Part shown: positions 26,964 through 36,093 of the stretch, piece after piece
How the letters are laid out: each line of letters opens with the position of its first letter
Numbering within the stretch: position 1 is the stretch's first letter
DNA from: Kagunavirus BCH953P1
DNA: 44,622 nt
Strand: one strand, 5' to 3'
Sequence record: OZ035754.1
The notes under the pieces: model-generated
What the model saw: the letters and a program-made list of their open reading frames with translations, nothing else
Databases searched by the model: none
What the model was told of the DNA's origin: nothing
Made by a program: the position numbers and the translations under genes

Positions 26964-29154
26964 AACGCTTCATCTCCGCACCTTCTGCCACAAGAGGGAA
27001 CCCCTCGGCCCAATCAGGTAATTCGCACATTAATTTCTCCAGTTCGGCCACCGTGTACTCGGGGGTGTCCGGAGTTTCGCACACCAGTTCATCGTGTACA
27101 GAAAGCACGATGGGATACCCGCCACCCTCAACATTAATCATTGCATATGCGAGTAAATCACGGCACAGCGCCTGAACAATGTTTTCGCAGGCTTTGCCGC
27201 CGTGCGTGTACAGGGTAGTCCATTGGCGGGTTAACTGGTTTTCACCCTGATACTTGATTCTCACATTCGTGTTTACCCGTCCGTCTTCGTCTGTTTCCTT
27301 TGTCACACTAACGCCGATTCCCGGATACGAGAGGATGCGACCTGACGGCAACTCCATACATAACCACCAACCGGGAACCTTCCTACCGGATGAATCAAAT
27401 TCTACTGTTCTCCAGATTCGGATAGCGCGCTCGCCATTCTTGCGCAGATGTGCCCCCGCCCAAAATTCACGACCCGGATTTCTTACAGCGGCTAAAATAC
27501 CGTCTTTGAGGTCGCGCCAGAACGCTACTGTTTCCGGGTGTGACTCGCGCCACATACGCTTGATTGCGTCGCAGGTGCGCCACACTTTCTTGTCCAGAAT
27601 ATACGATGGTCGGTCATCCTTCTCACCTGGATGCGGGGGGCGCTTGGCTTCCTGAATACGCGCCCACTCATACCCACGTGCGGTAGCAGCCCATATGTGG
27701 TCAGGGAATGTACCGTCCATTGTTTTAGTCATCTCAATAAGGTCGAGGCCTAAGTTTTTGGCGAACGTAACGAACGCTCCTACACCCCCCTCATAGCCGA
27801 GGCCAAGCTCGCAGGCCTTGCCTATCTGTCTGATTTCCTTGAAGTTTTTCTTAATATCATCTGGGTCCATGCCGAACATCTTACCCGCGGTTACGCAGTA
27901 AATATCAAGGCCGGCGCGGAACGTATCGAGCGCGGTTTCTTCACCGGCCAGCCACGCTAAACCGCGACCTTCGACGTTAGAATAATCGGCAACAACAAAC
28001 TTATGTCCTGCTTCCGGTATGATGCAGCTACGCACCGTCGATGCCGTCAGCTTGGCCACGTCGAAACGGCGGTGCGCGCGGCCTTTAAGTAGCGCAGAAA
28101 TGCCTTTATCCAGTTCATCATCGTGATAGTACCCGCGCGCCAGGTTCTGCGGCTGGAAGCCTTTACCTGCCCATCGCAGAGTACGTTTTGCCCCGCCGTA
28201 CTGTAAACACCCCCGACGGCGGTCGTCCGAAGAGCGGCCTAACAACAGCGGGTTATATTTCGTTGATGCGGTGGACGCGGCCCCGAGGCGCATTTCGATA
28301 ATCGTGCGGGCGTCATCCGGTAAGTCCTCGTCCGCCAGCAGGTCGTTAAGGGTAGACTTCTGTGCGTTGTGAATGCGGTGCGCGGGGGCGAGTTCACGCA
28401 GAATCGGAAGGAAGTCCTTTCCGGTAAGCGAGCCGCCGTATTTGCGTTGTGCTTCTTCCTGTAACTGCGCCTTGTGTTTCTCTACGGCTTCAATCGCGGC
28501 TTCCGCCAGTGCAACGTCAACCTTAAACCCGCGGTCGTTGATTAACTGGTCCAATTCCAGTACCCGGTCTTCGAACTCGGAATTACCCCAACGCGGCAGC
28601 TTATGGAATACTTCTCGCATCGCAGTGATGTCGCTCACGGCGTACTTGATGAACAGCGCCCACTCGTCCGGGTGTGTTTCTGCGGTGTAGCGGCGAATTT
28701 TGTAGTTCTTCGGTGTCGGTTTAGAGAAACGCTTAATCAGTGCCTTGCCGCGCTTATCCTTCGCATTGTCAGCGGACACGCCCAGCACTTCGCACAACGC
28801 ATCAAGTGACCCCGGCAGCGCGTGACGAAACGCCCAAATCATCGTATCAATGGTGTTGCTTACCGGAATATCAAAGCCCCAGCAGTGTTTCATGATAAGG
28901 CGATCGAAAAGTCCACCGTTGTGCCACACCATCTTGATGCGGCTGTTTGGCTTAACCAGACGGCGTAACGCGCGGTGCAAATCGCCCGGCATGTCGCTGC
29001 CGTCGGTGCAATCCCATACCTGCACCGGCTCGTCGTCAAAAGCATAGGTACAGATAAGCACTTCGGTAGTTGGGTGTTCAGCGTAGGCGTAGGAACCGAC
29101 TTTCTTTAAATTGGCTTCGGAGAATGTTTCAAAGTCTAAGAACAGGTAACTCAT
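26953..29154 (-). CDS. DNA polymerase, family A, with N-terminal 3'-5' exonuclease domain
   Basis: 733 aa; N-terminal exo I motif LFLDFETFS; C-terminal LSVHDELV motif C-like. Confidence 0.85.
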   Translation of the reverse strand: MSYLFLDFETFSEANLKKVGSYAYAEHPTTEVLICTYAFDDEPVQVWDCTDGSDMPGDLHRALRRLVKPNSRIKMVWHNGGLFDRLIMKHCWGFDIPVSNTIDTMIWAFRHALPGSLDALCEVLGVSADNAKDKRGKALIKRFSKPTPKNYKIRRYTAETHPDEWALFIKYAVSDITAMREVFHKLPRWGNSEFEDRVLELDQLINDRGFKVDVALAEAAIEAVEKHKAQLQEEAQRKYGGSLTGKDFLPILRELAPAHRIHNAQKSTLNDLLADEDLPDDARTIIEMRLGAASTASTKYNPLLLGRSSDDRRRGCLQYGGAKRTLRWAGKGFQPQNLARGYYHDDELDKGISALLKGRAHRRFDVAKLTASTVRSCIIPEAGHKFVVADYSNVEGRGLAWLAGEETALDTFRAGLDIYCVTAGKMFGMDPDDIKKNFKEIRQIGKACELGLGYEGGVGAFVTFAKNLGLDLIEMTKTMDGTFPDHIWAATARGYEWARIQEAKRPPHPGEKDDRPSYILDKKVWRTCDAIKRMWRESHPETVAFWRDLKDGILAAVRNPGREFWAGAHLRKNGERAIRIWRTVEFDSSGRKVPGWWLCMELPSGRILSYPGIGVSVTKETDEDGRVNTNVRIKYQGENQLTRQWTTLYTHGGKACENIVQALCRDLLAYAMINVEGGGYPIVLSVHDELVCETPDTPEYTVAELEKLMCELPDWAEGFPLVAEGAEMKRYAK

Positions 29155-29170
29155 TATTTTCGACCCTTAG

Positions 29171-29194
29171 TAAAAAGGCCCAATGAAGGGCCTT
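29171..29194 (-). terminator. rho-independent terminator after SSB-like gene (minus strand aaggccc-tcatt-gggcctt then TTTTT)
   Basis: Seen directly between 29214 and 29154. Confidence 0.5.
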
Positions 29195-29213
29195 AGTTAA
29201 ATTGATTCGGATA

Positions 29214-29837
29214 TTAGCGGCGACGACGTTCGCGGCGCGGTGCTTCATCTTCGTCGTCTTCGAGGTCATCGACACTTGCAGCAACTTTAGAGCCACCGAA
29301 CGCTTTACCTTCGCCTACGTATTTAATCGCCAGCAGGTTAACACCGAGAACTTTGTATTTCTGGCTGAACCAAATTTCAACGCTTACGTTAGCGACGCAG
29401 CCGCTGTAAACCTGTTCACCTTCAATCTGTTCGCCGTCTACATTGAAGTCCTGCTCTACCTGAGTCTCGCCTTTTTTAGAGGTTACAATCAGCGGTTGTT
29501 TCTGTGCCTTCGCTTTGAAGTAGAAGCCTTCGGGGAAGTCTTCAAACGGATTGTCGCGCTCTGCAATATCTTTAATCGCGCATTTATCCATGTGCTTACC
29601 TTCGCCGTAGTTGGACTTCATCCATTTCTCGGCAGCGGCTGCGCCTAACGCTTCTTCAACTACAGCGTAAACGGTGTCGTAAAGCGCGTCGATTTGAGCA
29701 TGGCCAGACGGCAGGATAATCGTCGCGCTGTACTGGCCTTTAGTGATTGAACCATCATCGTTTTCACGGTCTTTTTCGCGTTCGAATACGTTAACCCATG
29801 CAGTGTTTACTTTACGCAGATTCAGTTTAATACCCAT
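29214..29837 (-). CDS. putative single-stranded DNA-binding protein (DUF2815-like), acidic C-terminal tail
   Basis: 207 aa; acidic tail DDLEDDEDE near C-terminus; sits between polymerase and exonuclease genes; own promoter P4. Confidence 0.45.
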   Translation of the reverse strand: MGIKLNLRKVNTAWVNVFEREKDRENDDGSITKGQYSATIILPSGHAQIDALYDTVYAVVEEALGAAAAEKWMKSNYGEGKHMDKCAIKDIAERDNPFEDFPEGFYFKAKAQKQPLIVTSKKGETQVEQDFNVDGEQIEGEQVYSGCVANVSVEIWFSQKYKVLGVNLLAIKYVGEGKAFGGSKVAASVDDLEDDEDEAPRRERRRR

Positions 29838-29890
29838 CGTGATTTCTCGCTTTTCAGTTTACTCCGGGAACTGCCCGGCCAGTGATTAGA

Positions 29891-29919
29891 ACTATAATAG
29901 CTAACTATTCAGGTGTCAA
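29891..29919 (-). promoter_or_regulatory. sigma70-type promoter P4 (TTGACA-N17-TATAGT), A-family
   Basis: On minus strand TTGACACCTGAATAGTTAGCTATTATAGT in the intergenic gap upstream of 29214..29837. Confidence 0.6.
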
Positions 29920-29923
29920 CACT

Positions 29924-30415
29924 TTATTTGCCGTGATTTTCGTGGAAACCGTACTTAACCTCTGCGGCCTTTCGCGCTGCTATTGCGCCGTCGATAGTTT
30001 CAAAACGTCCGAGATGAATTAGTTTCTTCTCAACTTTTATCTCAGCTCGCCATTTGCCGCGGGTTTTATCGAAACTAACACCCGTCACCCCTGACGTGTT
30101 GTTGCGGGCTAAAGATAAATTACGGCTGTTCTCTTTTCGGGTTGTTTTCCTTAAATTAGAAAGAAGATTATTTTCCCGATTATGGTCAATATGGTCTATC
30201 TCCTCTCCAGGTTGAAGTTTATTTTCAGGGTTCATCATATCCCATATAATTCTATGCGCCAGAAATGTCCTTCCACGTAAACGTACGCACACATAGCCCC
30301 AATTACGGACAGACGCGACCTCGCTCCCAGCGGGTGCACGATTGCTGTTAGTTACGCGCCAATACAACTTACCGGTATTGGTATCATACCTAAAATAATC
30401 TTCCCATTTAATCAT
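29924..30415 (-). CDS. HNH homing endonuclease with AP2 DNA-binding domain (copy 1)
   Basis: HNH motif EIDHIDHNRENN; AP2-like SGVTGVSFDKTRGKWRAEI; start at internal ATG 30415 in ATGA overlap with exonuclease stop. Confidence 0.75.
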   Translation of the reverse strand: MIKWEDYFRYDTNTGKLYWRVTNSNRAPAGSEVASVRNWGYVCVRLRGRTFLAHRIIWDMMNPENKLQPGEEIDHIDHNRENNLLSNLRKTTRKENSRNLSLARNNTSGVTGVSFDKTRGKWRAEIKVEKKLIHLGRFETIDGAIAARKAAEVKYGFHENHGK

Positions 30416-31653
30416 TCCAAATCCTCCTCTGTTACCCCCTTCCACTCAGGTCGTTTGTCGTCCGCCGTTGTAACGCATGGGGCTCCGGGCTTACGCGTGA
30501 TGAAGTTTTTTAGTTCTTCTTCTGGGATAACTTTCAAGGCTGCTGTAGGGGTCATGATTGACTTAGTCATAACTTTATCACCAAATTTAGCAATAACGGC
30601 ATCGGGGTCCGCCCAGGAGCGATTGCCATCCCGCCCTTCAACCAGCTTGTACCCCGGAACTTTCTTACCGGAATGCAACGCGGCAGCCATAGCTTTCTCA
30701 ACCTTGTCGATGTGCTGGCGCAACAACGGCAGCTTCTCATACTCGGCGACGAGTTGCTCTGGCGTCAATTCCAGCGCAAAGTCGTCCTCAAGTTCTTCCG
30801 CCAGTACCGCGTTAACGGTTTTTGTACGCGCGGCGCACTGTTCGGAGAACCGACACCACTGGCAACCATCTACTGACGGCTTGAAGTCCGACGCTTTCAG
30901 GTTCTTCTTGCCACGGAAATACGCATCAAGAGCTAACAGCGCACGTTTCTGTGCAAACTTAGCGAACAGTTCCAGACCTTCAACCGAGATGTCCCACTCC
31001 GACGCACCCCCAGCGTACGGCTGGAAGATGACCAGACGAACCATTGTTATGTTATAACGTCTCTTTAGTCGGCGATAAACACCGAGAGCGTAAAGCATAA
31101 GCTGCTTGTTTTCTTTCGCTTCGACACGATGTCGTCCTGTTTTCAGGTCGCCGATGATAAGCATGTGCTCTTCGGTGTTCGCCAGTTCCTGGACGGCAAC
31201 AAGGTCAGCGGTTCCGAACGTCTCGACACCTTCGTAACCAGGATGCAATACCTCAGTAAGATTGACGCGCATTTCCAGCTTAGCGTAAGTCGCTACGTCC
31301 ATAATCGCTTTGCAGTAGTCGGTGTACTTTCGCACCTGCTCAATCATGTCAGCCGTAATCAGCACCGCGCCTTTCATCGGGCTGATTAGCGCCTTAATCT
31401 GGCCTTTACCCTCATCCAGCACGTAAGCACCGACTTCGCGCTCTAACGGCAGTGCAGTGCCTTTTATGTACTGGTTTAAATGTACCTCAGCTATGGTGTG
31501 ACACGCGGTCCCTGTAACGGCGGCTTTACCTGACGTGTTGGGGATATCTTTTTCACAGGCCAGTGATGCACTGCACGCCAACCATTTCTTAGCACCGGAC
31601 GGTGACAACAGCGCGTGCACATCGTTATTGCCCCTGCGTTCTTTTAATTTCAT
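30412..31653 (-). CDS. PD-(D/E)xK exonuclease (Cas4/RecB-like, DUF2800-like) with C-terminal Cys cluster
   Basis: 413 aa; IIGDLKTGRH...EAKENKQLMLYALG nuclease core; Cys cluster CQWCRFSEQC. Confidence 0.6.
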   Translation of the reverse strand: MKLKERRGNNDVHALLSPSGAKKWLACSASLACEKDIPNTSGKAAVTGTACHTIAEVHLNQYIKGTALPLEREVGAYVLDEGKGQIKALISPMKGAVLITADMIEQVRKYTDYCKAIMDVATYAKLEMRVNLTEVLHPGYEGVETFGTADLVAVQELANTEEHMLIIGDLKTGRHRVEAKENKQLMLYALGVYRRLKRRYNITMVRLVIFQPYAGGASEWDISVEGLELFAKFAQKRALLALDAYFRGKKNLKASDFKPSVDGCQWCRFSEQCAARTKTVNAVLAEELEDDFALELTPEQLVAEYEKLPLLRQHIDKVEKAMAAALHSGKKVPGYKLVEGRDGNRSWADPDAVIAKFGDKVMTKSIMTPTAALKVIPEEELKNFITRKPGAPCVTTADDKRPEWKGVTEEDLE

Positions 31654-32144
31654 CTTTTAACCCCATGATTTTTGTGGAACCCGTAAATCTCTTCTGCTTT
31701 CTTTCTAACGTTTACCGCATCGTCGAAGCTGTCGAAGTATCCTAAATGCTTCAATACCTTGTTTATTTTTATACTTGCCCGCCATCTACCGCGCCTACGG
31801 CACCATGAAACTCCGGTCACACCTGACGTATTTAGCGACGACATTCCAGAATTACGCCGGTTGCCTAGACTGTCAACTTTACGAAGATTAGATATGCGAT
31901 TATTCCTTCTGTCATGGTCTATATGGTCAATCTGGTCGCCGCTACTTAAAACATCATTAGGATTACAAAGTTCCCATATAACACGGTGCACTTTATAGAC
32001 CTTACCTAACACTTGTACCTGTTTATAGCCGTGAACATCATTCGACCCCGCCTCTTGGCCTACCTTTACCTTATCCGAAGGGCTTATCTTCCAAAATAAT
32101 TTACCGGTATCAGGGTCATAGTCAAAAACTTCATGCCAATTCAT
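31650..32144 (-). CDS. HNH homing endonuclease with AP2 domain (copy 2, paralog)
   Basis: HNH motif QIDHIDHDRRNN; AP2-like SGVTGVSWCRRRGRWRASI; ATGA overlaps at both ends. Confidence 0.75.
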   Translation of the reverse strand: MNWHEVFDYDPDTGKLFWKISPSDKVKVGQEAGSNDVHGYKQVQVLGKVYKVHRVIWELCNPNDVLSSGDQIDHIDHDRRNNRISNLRKVDSLGNRRNSGMSSLNTSGVTGVSWCRRRGRWRASIKINKVLKHLGYFDSFDDAVNVRKKAEEIYGFHKNHGVKR

Positions 32145-32413
32145 ACTCTGTTCTCCCACTGGTCGATTAAATGTCTGGTCCGGTGATGACAATGCATAGC
32201 CCAGCCATACATCGACTCGAAGACATAAAAGTCAGGCTTGGCGAATGTCGTGCGCTTAATCTGCGACAAGTGACGGCCTATATCTTTAGGCCGTGGCACT
32301 TTGCCTAAGTACGCCATCTCTTCCATCTGGTGCGCACCGGATGGCGCACGCAATAGCCATAGCGCCTCTGTGCTATCCCGCCGGTCTACGGCGCGGTAGA
32401 GTTGGTAAATCAT
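32141..32413 (-). CDS. hypothetical protein (90 aa)
   Basis: Track ORF. Confidence 0.5.
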   Translation of the reverse strand: MIYQLYRAVDRRDSTEALWLLRAPSGAHQMEEMAYLGKVPRPKDIGRHLSQIKRTTFAKPDFYVFESMYGWAMHCHHRTRHLIDQWENRV

Positions 32414-32456
32414 AATTCCGACCCTCAGTTAAAGCGGCCCGAAGGCCGCGGGATAG

Positions 32457-32975
32457 TTATTCTTCTTCGAAATACTTGTTCTTGATTGCTGTCAGGCGCT
32501 CCAGATACTCAGCCAGGTCTTCGTCTTTAATCGCAGCAATCTTCATCTTCTTACCGGTAAACTCTTCCAGCAGTTCGTCAGAATCGTCGCATGCGGCATC
32601 GCTTGGGCCTTCGTTAATCGCATCGTCGATGGCCTGAATCTGGTTACGAAGAGACTGGTAATCGACTTCTTCTTTATCTTCTTCCGGTTCTGGCGCAGGT
32701 TCCTCTACTTTAGCTTTACGCGGCTTGCGTTTCGGCTTCTCTTCTTCTGCCGGTTTAGTGTCAACTACGTCTTCACCCTCGACCGGGATTTCTTTTGTTT
32801 CTTCTTTTACAACAGTAGGCGTGATTGTTGCAGTTTCTGCGACACCACTGTCGACGTCTTTACCATATGGCGCCGTGATAGCCTTCGGCAGTTCAGTACG
32901 GCGTGCACTGTTCGCAGCAATCAGTTCATGTGCAACTACGAAACGTTCCAGTAATTTTAAGAATTGGTCTAACAT
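32457..32975 (-). CDS. hypothetical acidic protein (172 aa)
   Basis: Track ORF; highly charged central region; first gene downstream of P5. Confidence 0.5.
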   Translation of the reverse strand: MLDQFLKLLERFVVAHELIAANSARRTELPKAITAPYGKDVDSGVAETATITPTVVKEETKEIPVEGEDVVDTKPAEEEKPKRKPRKAKVEEPAPEPEEDKEEVDYQSLRNQIQAIDDAINEGPSDAACDDSDELLEEFTGKKMKIAAIKDEDLAEYLERLTAIKNKYFEEE

Positions 32976-33006
32976 TTGTTTCTCTCCTCTCGTTTGGTAT
33001 GGGCTA

Positions 33007-33035
33007 ACTATAATAGCGAACTATTCACTTGTCAA
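33007..33035 (-). promoter_or_regulatory. sigma70-type promoter P5 (TTGACA-N17-TATAGT), A-family
   Basis: On minus strand TTGACAAGTGAATAGTTCGCTATTATAGT; perfect -35. Confidence 0.6.
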
Positions 33036-33045
33036 TGGGCTTTTC

Positions 33046-33068
33046 TAAAATAATTAATATGGTACTAT
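33046..33068 (+). promoter_or_regulatory. promoter-like element for the HTH gene (B-family -10 block GGTACTATTCAC without a recognisable -35)
   Basis: TACTAT at 33063..33068 with the same flanks as P1/P2/P6; divergent from P5. Confidence 0.4.
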
Positions 33069-33099
33069 TCACATATCAACTGACTAAGGAGTAATTGAC

Positions 33100-33315
33100 A
33101 TGCAACCATCTGAACTAGGCATCCGTGTAGAACAGCGCCGTAAAGAACTCGGCATTTCCCAACGCCGTCTGGCTGTCCTGGCCGGTGTTTCCCAGGGCGC
33201 GATTAACCAGCTGGCACTCGGTGTAACTAAGGACGTCCGCCCGTCGACGTTGTTTAAGCTGGCGGAAGTGCTGCAAGTAGACGCCAAGTGGCTGGCGTTC
33301 GGTGAAGGGGCTTAA
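33100..33315 (+). CDS. XRE-family helix-turn-helix transcriptional regulator (Cro/CI-like)
   Basis: 71 aa; HTH ISQRRLAVLAGVSQGAINQL; SD AAGGAG; opposite orientation to flanking genes. Confidence 0.75.
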   Translation: MQPSELGIRVEQRRKELGISQRRLAVLAGVSQGAINQLALGVTKDVRPSTLFKLAEVLQVDAKWLAFGEGA

Positions 33316-33330
33316 CGCCCCTTTCTTTTT
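33306..33330 (+). terminator. rho-independent terminator (aggggc-ttaac-gcccct then tttcttttt)
   Basis: Seen directly, between convergent HTH and primase genes. Confidence 0.6.
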
Positions 33331-33332
33331 AC

Positions 33333-35573
33333 CTACTCCAAATCCTCCTCTGTCACCACCAGCATTTCATTCGGTTCGTATATTGTCTTCGGCCTTAGTC
33401 TATCCCCTATTCTTTCAGGTATACGATATGTTCTCGGTACTACTTCGCCATTAGCGTCGCAGCCTAGCATCAACTCACCGTCTTTCAGCATTTTATCAAG
33501 ATGGGTGTTAGTCACAGAAAAGTCACCGGAACGGGCCACTATCTGCTGCTGGGTAAAACCGCGACCTGTATCATCTGACTGTTGCAGGTCTTCCAGTGCT
33601 GAAAGTATTGACTCCTTCCTTACTTCATCCCTGCCGCGTTTAACTTCTTCCTTTACTTTTTGTTTACCTTCGTTAGTTAACCCTTCTTCCCGCTCTTTCT
33701 CCTCGTCAGTTTTGAACGGCTCGAAACCCCACGGCATAAGCACAAGCGCCTTGTGCGGCTCCGGCAGGTCGAGGTTTACTATTGTGCCGTATTCCTCTGT
33801 GCTACCGAGGAACTCAACCGCGCGATACTCTTTCGGCGGAGGAGCTTCACGAAACTGTACAGACTCCAGCACCATACCAACCGTTTTCTGTTGAGGCCCG
33901 TGCTTAAATTTCGAATGGTATACGTTTATCTGGCGGTCGGTTGCACGTTCAATTGTCAGTTCCACGTCGACGCCCGCATACAGCGCCCCACTACCACGGG
34001 CTTTCTTTCCGCCCTTCGGCGTATGGTGGACGACGCCAACCGCAGCTTTAGTCGCGTCGCGTACTTCTTTCAGTATGGCGATAACTTTACCCATGCCAAT
34101 CGCCGTTGATGAACTGTTTTCGTCGAACTTATCAATCGTCAGGGCCAGCGTCTGGTTTAGGGTGTCGAACGCAACCATACCGATTGGCTCGTCGCCGGCG
34201 GTTTCACGCATCAACTTAATAAGGCTTTTCAGTTTGCCAACTTCGCCCATGTCGATGACATGTACATAATCTTTACCTTCCTCGCCGTATTTAGCCGCGA
34301 GTGCGTCAATACGTGTGCGTGTAGCTGCGCCGCCCTCACCGTCAATATAGAAATGGTGGCAACGCTGGGTATCCGCCCCTGCAAACCGGTATCCGGCGGC
34401 GCTCAGGTACATCATCCCCAGCGTATAGAACGATTTGTACGTGCCGGATTCCCCAACAATATCCCAGATACAATCTGACGGCATGTACCCCTCAACGACG
34501 AAATCAGCCTTTACCGGTTCCGGTAGCTCGTCCTCTTCTGAGTCATCATCGTCTTCCAGGTCGTCGAGGCTGCATGAAACAGATTCACGCGCACCCCATC
34601 CGATAGCCTCGGCGACTTCACTGAACGGCAGCCCGGTCGCATCACACGCGTATTTCCACACTTCTTTCGGTGACATGCCTTCGGTCGCCGCAATGTCGGT
34701 GTCGTGAATCATGGTTACGTTAGGTGCGGCGTAGCCCTCACGTGGGAAGCACAGCAGGAAGTCGTCCGGACGCGGTGTCGGGTCGCTGTAGTTTTCTGCA
34801 TGCTCTGGTGTGGCTGGCATCTTAAGGCCGCGTGGTGTCATAGCACCGCCGTACTCGAACGCCAACGCCTCAAAAGCGTCCGTAAACGCTGTGCGTAGTT
34901 CTTCCGGTATCTGGTAGTCAGATGCGCTGCTCACCTCGTAATCCGGGATGCCCTCCAGTAACTCGTCCGGGTCAATCAGGTCGTTACGGCGCGACCAGAT
35001 AACCTGCGAGCCGACCGGCGGCAGGTACATCGGCTGAGACAGAGTGAACCCGCTGCGGTCCGCACCCATGCCTTTGAAGAAGTGTTCCAACAATCCATGA
35101 CGAACGCGGATGATGTCACCGCCCTCAACCGTTCGGGCCAGCGGCATGACGACGCGAAAGCGCGGGGCTTCGTCTGTGTGTGATGCCGTGGTGTAGAGGC
35201 ACATGGCTTTACGGCTGCGCTTAACCAGGCGCACAGCTTCCTGATACTCTTCCAGGGTTGCGCTGTCGAAGTCCAGGTACGTCAGCGACGATTTGTTTAC
35301 AGACGCGTCGCAGCGGTAGAAGAAGCCCCGGCGCGCTTGCTTAAAGTCACCGGTTTCCGGGTCTTTTACGGTGCTGTGCGTAGAATCGCACGCGGCAGTA
35401 ATATAGCCCGGCGCGGTCTTCGGATTAATCCCGTCACGAACGGCATCGAGCGGCTGGATTAACTCTTTCAGGTCGTCCAGTGTTGCCGTGTGAGTGGTTC
35501 TGACGTTTATATCCTTTTTCTCTGCCCGCGCGTTGCGACGAGACCACGAGTAGGATAAAATTACATCGGACAT
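33333..35573 (-). CDS. DNA primase/helicase (RecA-like AAA_25-type ATPase domain in C-terminal half)
   Basis: 746 aa; Walker A-like VGESGTYKS, Walker B-like region; N-terminal half unassigned (primase-like by position). Confidence 0.6.
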   Translation of the reverse strand: MSDVILSYSWSRRNARAEKKDINVRTTHTATLDDLKELIQPLDAVRDGINPKTAPGYITAACDSTHSTVKDPETGDFKQARRGFFYRCDASVNKSSLTYLDFDSATLEEYQEAVRLVKRSRKAMCLYTTASHTDEAPRFRVVMPLARTVEGGDIIRVRHGLLEHFFKGMGADRSGFTLSQPMYLPPVGSQVIWSRRNDLIDPDELLEGIPDYEVSSASDYQIPEELRTAFTDAFEALAFEYGGAMTPRGLKMPATPEHAENYSDPTPRPDDFLLCFPREGYAAPNVTMIHDTDIAATEGMSPKEVWKYACDATGLPFSEVAEAIGWGARESVSCSLDDLEDDDDSEEDELPEPVKADFVVEGYMPSDCIWDIVGESGTYKSFYTLGMMYLSAAGYRFAGADTQRCHHFYIDGEGGAATRTRIDALAAKYGEEGKDYVHVIDMGEVGKLKSLIKLMRETAGDEPIGMVAFDTLNQTLALTIDKFDENSSSTAIGMGKVIAILKEVRDATKAAVGVVHHTPKGGKKARGSGALYAGVDVELTIERATDRQINVYHSKFKHGPQQKTVGMVLESVQFREAPPPKEYRAVEFLGSTEEYGTIVNLDLPEPHKALVLMPWGFEPFKTDEEKEREEGLTNEGKQKVKEEVKRGRDEVRKESILSALEDLQQSDDTGRGFTQQQIVARSGDFSVTNTHLDKMLKDGELMLGCDANGEVVPRTYRIPERIGDRLRPKTIYEPNEMLVVTEEDLE

Positions 35574-35631
35574 ATTGTATATTCCTTCAGCAAGTAATTT
35601 GGCCTCGGCGCTCTAACGTCGGGGCTTTCTT

Positions 35632-35865
35632 TTATTCCAGGTCTTCTAAAGTAGCGGCCATTCCGCGAACTTCAGCAACAGCACTATATTTCCCACCAAC
35701 ATTTTTCACGACACCAGATTTAACCAGCACCTTCAACGACCCTTCAATAATGGCGGAACTATAGTACCTAAAATAACTACGGCGCAAGTCGATAACGCTG
35801 CACGACCCTTTTTTACGTGTTAACGAAACGACTGCCGTGAATACGCGTGACTGGAACTCGGTCAT
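35632..35865 (-). CDS. hypothetical protein (77 aa)
   Basis: Track ORF; C-terminus ends EDLE like two other proteins in this block. Confidence 0.5.
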   Translation of the reverse strand: MTEFQSRVFTAVVSLTRKKGSCSVIDLRRSYFRYYSSAIIEGSLKVLVKSGVVKNVGGKYSAVAEVRGMAATLEDLE

Positions 35866-36032
35866 TTCACATTCTCCTTAATCCACGCTTCCACTTTCTC
35901 CGGGTCAAACGTACCCGGCTGACGGCGGCCCATAATGCGGATACAACAATCCGGGAACTTCCCGCTCTTTAGCCAGTTATTCAGTGTGCGACGAGTAACC
36001 CCGATACGCTCGGCTACTTCATTCTGTGTCAT
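35862..36032 (-). CDS. small HTH DNA-binding protein (AlpA/excisionase-like fold), probable early regulator
   Basis: HTH MTQNEVAERIGVTRRTLNNW; start taken at internal ATG 36032 because the predicted promoter P9 lies at 36066..36093 (track ORF extends to 36065). Confidence 0.5.
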   Translation of the reverse strand: MTQNEVAERIGVTRRTLNNWLKSGKFPDCCIRIMGRRQPGTFDPEKVEAWIKENVK

Positions 36033-36065
36033 TCTCAAACCCTCAGTATCAGTTAACGAAACCAA

Positions 36066-36093
36066 GTATACATTGCGAATAATGGGAAATCAA
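36066..36093 (-). promoter_or_regulatory. candidate sigma70 promoter P9 (TTGATT-N16/17-TATACT) for the minus-strand replication operon
   Basis: Read on minus strand; moderate match. Confidence 0.35.
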
